A DNA stretch of 22,162 bases. Origin: an uncultured Thermococci archaeon (GTDB lineage Archaea > CAYQAE01 > CAYVLA01). Made by a program: the position numbers and the translations under genes. The stretch is from the NCBI GenBank assembly GCA_964549615.1, contig CAZJVP010000058.1, forward strand, positions 1 through 22,162, given 5' to 3'. Below are positions 18,219 to 22,162 of this stretch, one piece after another. The notes under the pieces were generated by a model. It was not told the origin of the DNA and made no database searches. It was given only the letters and a program-made list of their open reading frames with translations. Positions within the stretch are counted from its first letter, which is position 1. Every line of letters begins with the position of its first letter.

Positions 18219-19055
18219 GTGGCAGACCGCCCTTCCACACTCAAGGCACGAGTCCTGCTAGTCTGCTTGCTCATCCTCGCTGTTGCGGGCCTATATGCCG
18301 GACTCCGCTGGGCCAACCCCAGGAAAGGCCCGCCGGGCGGGTCCGTCCCAACCGACAACGACTCTTCCTCCGCGCCAGGCGGAGGAACGGGCGACAAGTA
18401 CTCCCAGATGAGGGAGCAGATGGTTCGAACCCAGATAGAGGCGCGCGGCATAAAGGATGCCGCAGTCCTCGCCGCGATGAGGGAGGTCCCCAGGCACGAG
18501 TTCGTTCCCGACTACCAGGTCCCTAACGCGTATGATGATCGTCCCCTATCGATCGGCTATGGGCAAACGATCTCCCAGCCCTACATAGTCGCTCTAATGA
18601 CCGAGCTCCTAGCGCTGAAGCCCGGCAAATCCAAGGCCCTTGAGATCGGCACCGGATCGGGCTACCAAGCAGCGGTCCTAGCCAAGATCTGCTCGGAGGT
18701 CTACTCGGTCGAGATCGTGGAGCCTCTGGCCCAGAGAGCCTCCCTCACCCTCGACCGGCTCGGTTTCACGAACGTTCACGTCAGGAACGCGGACGGCTAC
18801 TACGGTTGGAAGGAACATGCACCCTACGACGCAATTGTGGTCACCTGCGCGGCGACCCACATCCCCCCCGATCTCGTGAGCCAACTCGCCGACGGCGGCA
18901 GGCTGGTGCTGCCTCTCGGATCTCCGTATAGGTGGCAGACCCTGACGGTGGTGGAGAAGAAAGGTGGCGAGACGACTGTGCAGTACTTCGGCGAGGTCAT
19001 ATTCGTGCCCATGACGGGCGCGATCGAGAAGGAGCAACCTACGGAGGGGACCTAG
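18219..19055 (+). CDS. pcm: Protein-L-isoaspartate O-methyltransferase with N-terminal TM/signal segment
   Basis: VPRHEFVP, AYDDRPLSIGYGQTISQPYIVA, LEIGTGSGYQAAVL, APYDAIVVT and VIFVPM motifs. N-terminus VLLVCLLILAVAGLYAGL followed by a Pro/Gly/Ser linker. Confidence 0.96.
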   Translation: MADRPSTLKARVLLVCLLILAVAGLYAGLRWANPRKGPPGGSVPTDNDSSSAPGGGTGDKYSQMREQMVRTQIEARGIKDAAVLAAMREVPRHEFVPDYQVPNAYDDRPLSIGYGQTISQPYIVALMTELLALKPGKSKALEIGTGSGYQAAVLAKICSEVYSVEIVEPLAQRASLTLDRLGFTNVHVRNADGYYGWKEHAPYDAIVVTCAATHIPPDLVSQLADGGRLVLPLGSPYRWQTLTVVEKKGGETTVQYFGEVIFVPMTGAIEKEQPTEGT

Positions 19056-21483
19056 AAGCGGGCAGGACGACGTAGGCGGCCAGGTAAACCACCGCGCCGA
19101 TGACGAGAACGTTGGAAAAACCAACCAGGCTCGCAAGCACGATTGTGCCTGCCGAACCCACGACCGACGAGCATCCGTTCGCACAGTAGGCCAGAGGGAC
19201 CGCCGCGGGCTGCCTCTTGCCAAGCATCCTCAGACCCGTCGGAAAGGGAATGCCCATGGCAAATGCAGGGGGCGCCATGAGCCCGACCGCGATGCCGAAT
19301 CTGGCCCACACGTGCCAGCCAAGAAGGGTCCGAAAGACGGACCCCAAGCAGAATGCCTCGGCCAGCACAAGGAGCGACACAGCCGTAACCGCCGCGAAGA
19401 TCGCCCTCGGGGCCGGCTGCCACCTCCTGCTCCAAACGCTACCCAGGCCCGAGAACACGAGCATTGAGAAAAGGACAGCCGACATCGCATAGGCGGGCTG
19501 GCCTAGGAAGAGGATGAACTTCTGAAGGTACGTGACCTCAACCAGCATGTAGCCTGCTCCCAGAAGCATGAAGTAGGCGACCCACCTCCAGATCCCCGTC
19601 GGCCTTTCCCTCTTCCTAGACGCTACGGCCACTGGGAGGCCCACGAGCAGCACGGATGCGATGCACGCCTGCATGAGTACCGCCACAACAAGGAGCCCTC
19701 CCTCCAGGAACGGGTTCCAAAGCTTCCCCAGAGTCCGCCGCAGCTCAAGCAACCTAGTCCATTTCATGAAATCGAAGAAGAAAGGCCTCTCATCGGTCGG
19801 CGGCGTGAGGTCGAAGAGGTATGCGCGATAGAACTTGTCTCTCTCCTGCGGGTCGACTATCCTTCGGAACGCCTCGTAGTACTCCTCGGCCTGGAACTTG
19901 TTGAACCTGTTCGTCTCGCCCGCCGAGAGTCCAGGCAGATACACCAGGTCGTAACGCCTTTCCTCGCAGATCTCCCTTATGCGGGCAAGCTCCTCGTCCG
20001 CATACGGGGTCCTTTTCACCATTGTGGTCACGGTAAGATAGGTCCGAAACGACGCAAGATGAACCGACGGGTCGCTGACCCCTTCCGCCTCCAAGGCCGC
20101 AACCATGATCGAGGCGATCCTCGGCGACTGCCGCGGAGGAGGGGACAACCACCTCGTCACCACAAGCACCCCGTCGGGGGAGAGGTGGCGCAGCAGCTCC
20201 CGAAAGCTCTCCACGGTGAACAGATAGCTCTCCGAGAGGCTGTAGAGCCCTACCGAGGCGGTGACCGGATCCTGCTTGAGCGATATCTCCACAAGGTCGA
20301 AAACCTCCTTCGACGACGCAAGATAGCACCTCGGATCCACTACGTGGACCTGGACCTCGCTACGGGAGTACAGGAAGCCCGAGAATGCAGCAAACTTCGT
20401 CCTGACCGCTTTCACTATGCTCGGATTCCTCTCCAGCGCGACGATCTCGGAGGCGCCGTTCCAAAGGGCAGACAGGACATCCAGTCCACCTCCGGAGTCA
20501 ACGACGAGAACCTTGCCTCTCGGGGCGATCGCGTACGGAACCCTCGACGGGAGAGTCTCGAGGAAGCCAAGATTCGAGAGGTTGCCATCGAAACTCGTCA
20601 CGGGCTCGAGATTGTCCCCGTCCACCGTCAAGCCGATCTGTTCCGGCACCCGCTCCGCTGAGTCAAAGGCCATCCCGGGCGCATAATGTATCAGCCTACT
20701 GCTTACGGCATCGACGCGCGAGACCGAGTTCCAATCGCTCCATACTAGGCTGGCGTCGGGGTACCTCAGGGCACAACTCAGAGCCTTGTACTCAGAGATG
20801 GTCGGGTTGAATCCGGGTTGACCTAGCATTAGCAGGCCCAAGCCCAGGGCGCCTGCGAACGCCAGACGGCTTTGCGCAATGAATCCCTCCGATCGTGAGA
20901 AGAGCCCGCAGGCCAACCCGGAGAATGCGGCCGATCCGAGGATTGCCAAATGTGGCCCTCCGAAGGGCATCACGGCTAGGGCGAACACACAACCCACGCC
21001 CGCCCCAACGAGGTCCGCGAAGTACACGAGATTAGCCCGGGATGGATTCCGTGTGACGACGCATGCGAGGCAGATCCCGGTGAAGAAGAAGGGCAGTCCA
21101 AGGGCAAGGTACTGCAGTATGATCACCCAAGCGTGGAGGGGCCTGGCATTTGCCCTGATCGGATCGAACCTCAAGGCGACGGCGAAGAAGACCGAGAAGA
21201 TGGTGGACAGGCAGGCACCGGCGCAGGCTGCCGGCACGACCTTGCGGCTCCTAACAAGGGAGGGAGTGAGGTAAAGTACCGATCCGCCGACCGCGTAGCC
21301 GAAGAGGGCAATGCTCACGACCATGAACGCGAAGTGGTACCACTGAACCAGCGAAAGTATCCTGGTCAGCGCGATCTCAGATGAGAGTGCCCCTGCGGAA
21401 AGGACAGCTATTGCAACGAGTTCCTTGCGAAAGCTTCGACCGCCCGAGCTTCCTCGAATGCCCCTGTACTGGCCCACGGCCAT
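19039..21483 (-). CDS. Polytopic membrane protein with central spermidine-synthase-like SAM-binding domain (type B)
   Basis: EIALTRILS..QWYHFAFMVVSIALFG TM block; WNSVSRVD, VLVVDSGGGLDV, ESYLFTVE and PTDERPFF in the soluble domain; C-terminal TM block (YFMLLGAGYMLVE...MGIPFPTG...NGCSSVVG). Confidence 0.88.
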   Translation of the reverse strand: MAVGQYRGIRGSSGGRSFRKELVAIAVLSAGALSSEIALTRILSLVQWYHFAFMVVSIALFGYAVGGSVLYLTPSLVRSRKVVPAACAGACLSTIFSVFFAVALRFDPIRANARPLHAWVIILQYLALGLPFFFTGICLACVVTRNPSRANLVYFADLVGAGVGCVFALAVMPFGGPHLAILGSAAFSGLACGLFSRSEGFIAQSRLAFAGALGLGLLMLGQPGFNPTISEYKALSCALRYPDASLVWSDWNSVSRVDAVSSRLIHYAPGMAFDSAERVPEQIGLTVDGDNLEPVTSFDGNLSNLGFLETLPSRVPYAIAPRGKVLVVDSGGGLDVLSALWNGASEIVALERNPSIVKAVRTKFAAFSGFLYSRSEVQVHVVDPRCYLASSKEVFDLVEISLKQDPVTASVGLYSLSESYLFTVESFRELLRHLSPDGVLVVTRWLSPPPRQSPRIASIMVAALEAEGVSDPSVHLASFRTYLTVTTMVKRTPYADEELARIREICEERRYDLVYLPGLSAGETNRFNKFQAEEYYEAFRRIVDPQERDKFYRAYLFDLTPPTDERPFFFDFMKWTRLLELRRTLGKLWNPFLEGGLLVVAVLMQACIASVLLVGLPVAVASRKRERPTGIWRWVAYFMLLGAGYMLVEVTYLQKFILFLGQPAYAMSAVLFSMLVFSGLGSVWSRRWQPAPRAIFAAVTAVSLLVLAEAFCLGSVFRTLLGWHVWARFGIAVGLMAPPAFAMGIPFPTGLRMLGKRQPAAVPLAYCANGCSSVVGSAGTIVLASLVGFSNVLVIGAVVYLAAYVVLPASRSPP

Positions 21484-21521
21484 ACGACTGGGGCGACGAA
21501 CTTATTGGTTTCGGGTTATAG

Positions 21522-21613
21522 GGGCCACCTGAACGGAATAGAAAGCGCACAATTCGGGGAAATAGGGGGTTCTTTTGGGGGTTTAGGGGGTTGAGCTTCC
21601 ACTCAGGTGACCC
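21522..21613 (-). ncRNA. Putative structured small RNA or 5' leader: 17-bp terminal stem closing a C-rich loop
   Basis: GGGUCACCUGAGUGGAA (21613-21597) pairs fully with UUCCGUUCAGGUGGCCC (21538-21522), using three G-U pairs that work only on the minus strand. It begins at the expected distance from a strong TATA box. Confidence 0.6.
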
Positions 21614-21636
21614 TCCGAAAAGAGGCCACGGCCTCC

Positions 21637-21650
21637 TTATAAAGTTTTTG
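21637..21650 (-). promoter_or_regulatory. BRE-TATA promoter
   Basis: Minus strand CAAAAAC-TTTATAA; the first T (21643) lies 30 nt upstream of the GGG at 21613. Confidence 0.7.
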
Positions 21651-21875
21651 GATTCGCCGGACAATCTTGACATATTTTGCACGCGCCGCGCAAGGAGGCG
21701 GCTCAACCCACTTCCACTCAACTTGACGGATCCAGCCTCATCCTGCCGAATGTGGGAACCGATGCTAGTCTATTGCGAAGCCCGCGACATCGCCCGTAGG
21801 ACTTAGAGCAAACCACGACTGCTGCTTATTCAGGTTGGGCAAGATCCAGCCCCGCCGCCTTGTATGCACCGCAGG

Positions 21876-22160
21876 TTACCCTTCGCCGAAGGCTGTCCTG
21901 GACAAGGCTTCCGTCTTCTCGCCGAACGTGTCCAGGCACTGCACCCTCAGGCCCAGTTCGATCGCCCTCGGCAGTATCTGGAATCCATCCAGCACCGCGA
22001 TCAGCCCATGGACCGCGCGGCCCTCATCATGAAAGGGCGGATAGAACGTGGCTAAGACATCGAGAGCATCAACAACGTCGTCCAGGATGCTTCCCAGCCT
22101 CTCCAACGTCTCGGCCCAACTCTTGATATCCTCCTGCTTTCTCAGCGCCCTCCACGCCGA
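21876..22160 (-). CDS. 3' part of a hypothetical helical protein entering from beyond the window
   Basis: Frame is open from the window end: SAWRALRKQEDIKSWAETLERLGSILDDVVDALDVL...; no family recognised. Confidence 0.45.
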   Translation of the reverse strand, partial: SAWRALRKQEDIKSWAETLERLGSILDDVVDALDVLATFYPPFHDEGRAVHGLIAVLDGFQILPRAIELGLRVQCLDTFGEKTEALSRTAFGEG

Positions 22161-22162
22161 TT

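Noticed and set aside
17930-18526. 198-aa ORF
   Set aside because: Runs across the tRNA and pcm; low-complexity translation.
21565-21592. AACCCCC repeats as a literal telomerase-type template
   Set aside because: No reverse transcriptase in the window and the spacing is irregular; the resemblance alone is insufficient.
21551-21720. Replication origin ORB elements (G-strings, TTCCAC)
   Set aside because: No full TTCCAnTGGAAA-type box, no long AT-rich unwinding element and no cdc6 in view; the strand-specific G-U stem favours an RNA.
1-22162. CRISPR array, rRNA, or selenocysteine/pyrrolysine read-through
   Set aside because: No regularly spaced repeats or rRNA motifs seen; in-frame stops occur only in regions that also carry frameshifts.

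Overview
GC-rich archaeal chromosomal segment, judged from TATA/BRE promoters, GTG/TTG starts and an intron-containing tRNA with a bulge-helix-bulge motif. From left to right: a VapBC-type toxin-antitoxin pair (the toxin runs off the window and is missing from the ORF track); a frameshifted CDF metal-exporter remnant; a DtxR-FeoA/feoB iron-uptake operon with a DtxR box; a membrane spermidine-synthase-like protein; two predicted surface proteins; a decayed ISH3-like transposase; an ADP-ribosylglycohydrolase; an alpha/beta hydrolase; purA; a small protein with PHD-finger Cys/His spacing; an amidohydrolase; a radical SAM enzyme; tRNA-Val(GAC); a membrane-tethered Pcm; and a second membrane SAM-domain protein. 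The best leads are three. (1) An unannotated, promoter-driven ~92-nt RNA at 21522-21613 (-) with a 17-bp terminal stem and four C-tracts in its loop. (2) A membrane-anchored isoaspartyl methyltransferase found with two split-membrane/SAM-fold proteins, possibly a surface protein-repair system. (3) An archaeal PHD-like finger. All family calls come from reading motifs by eye; no searches were run.
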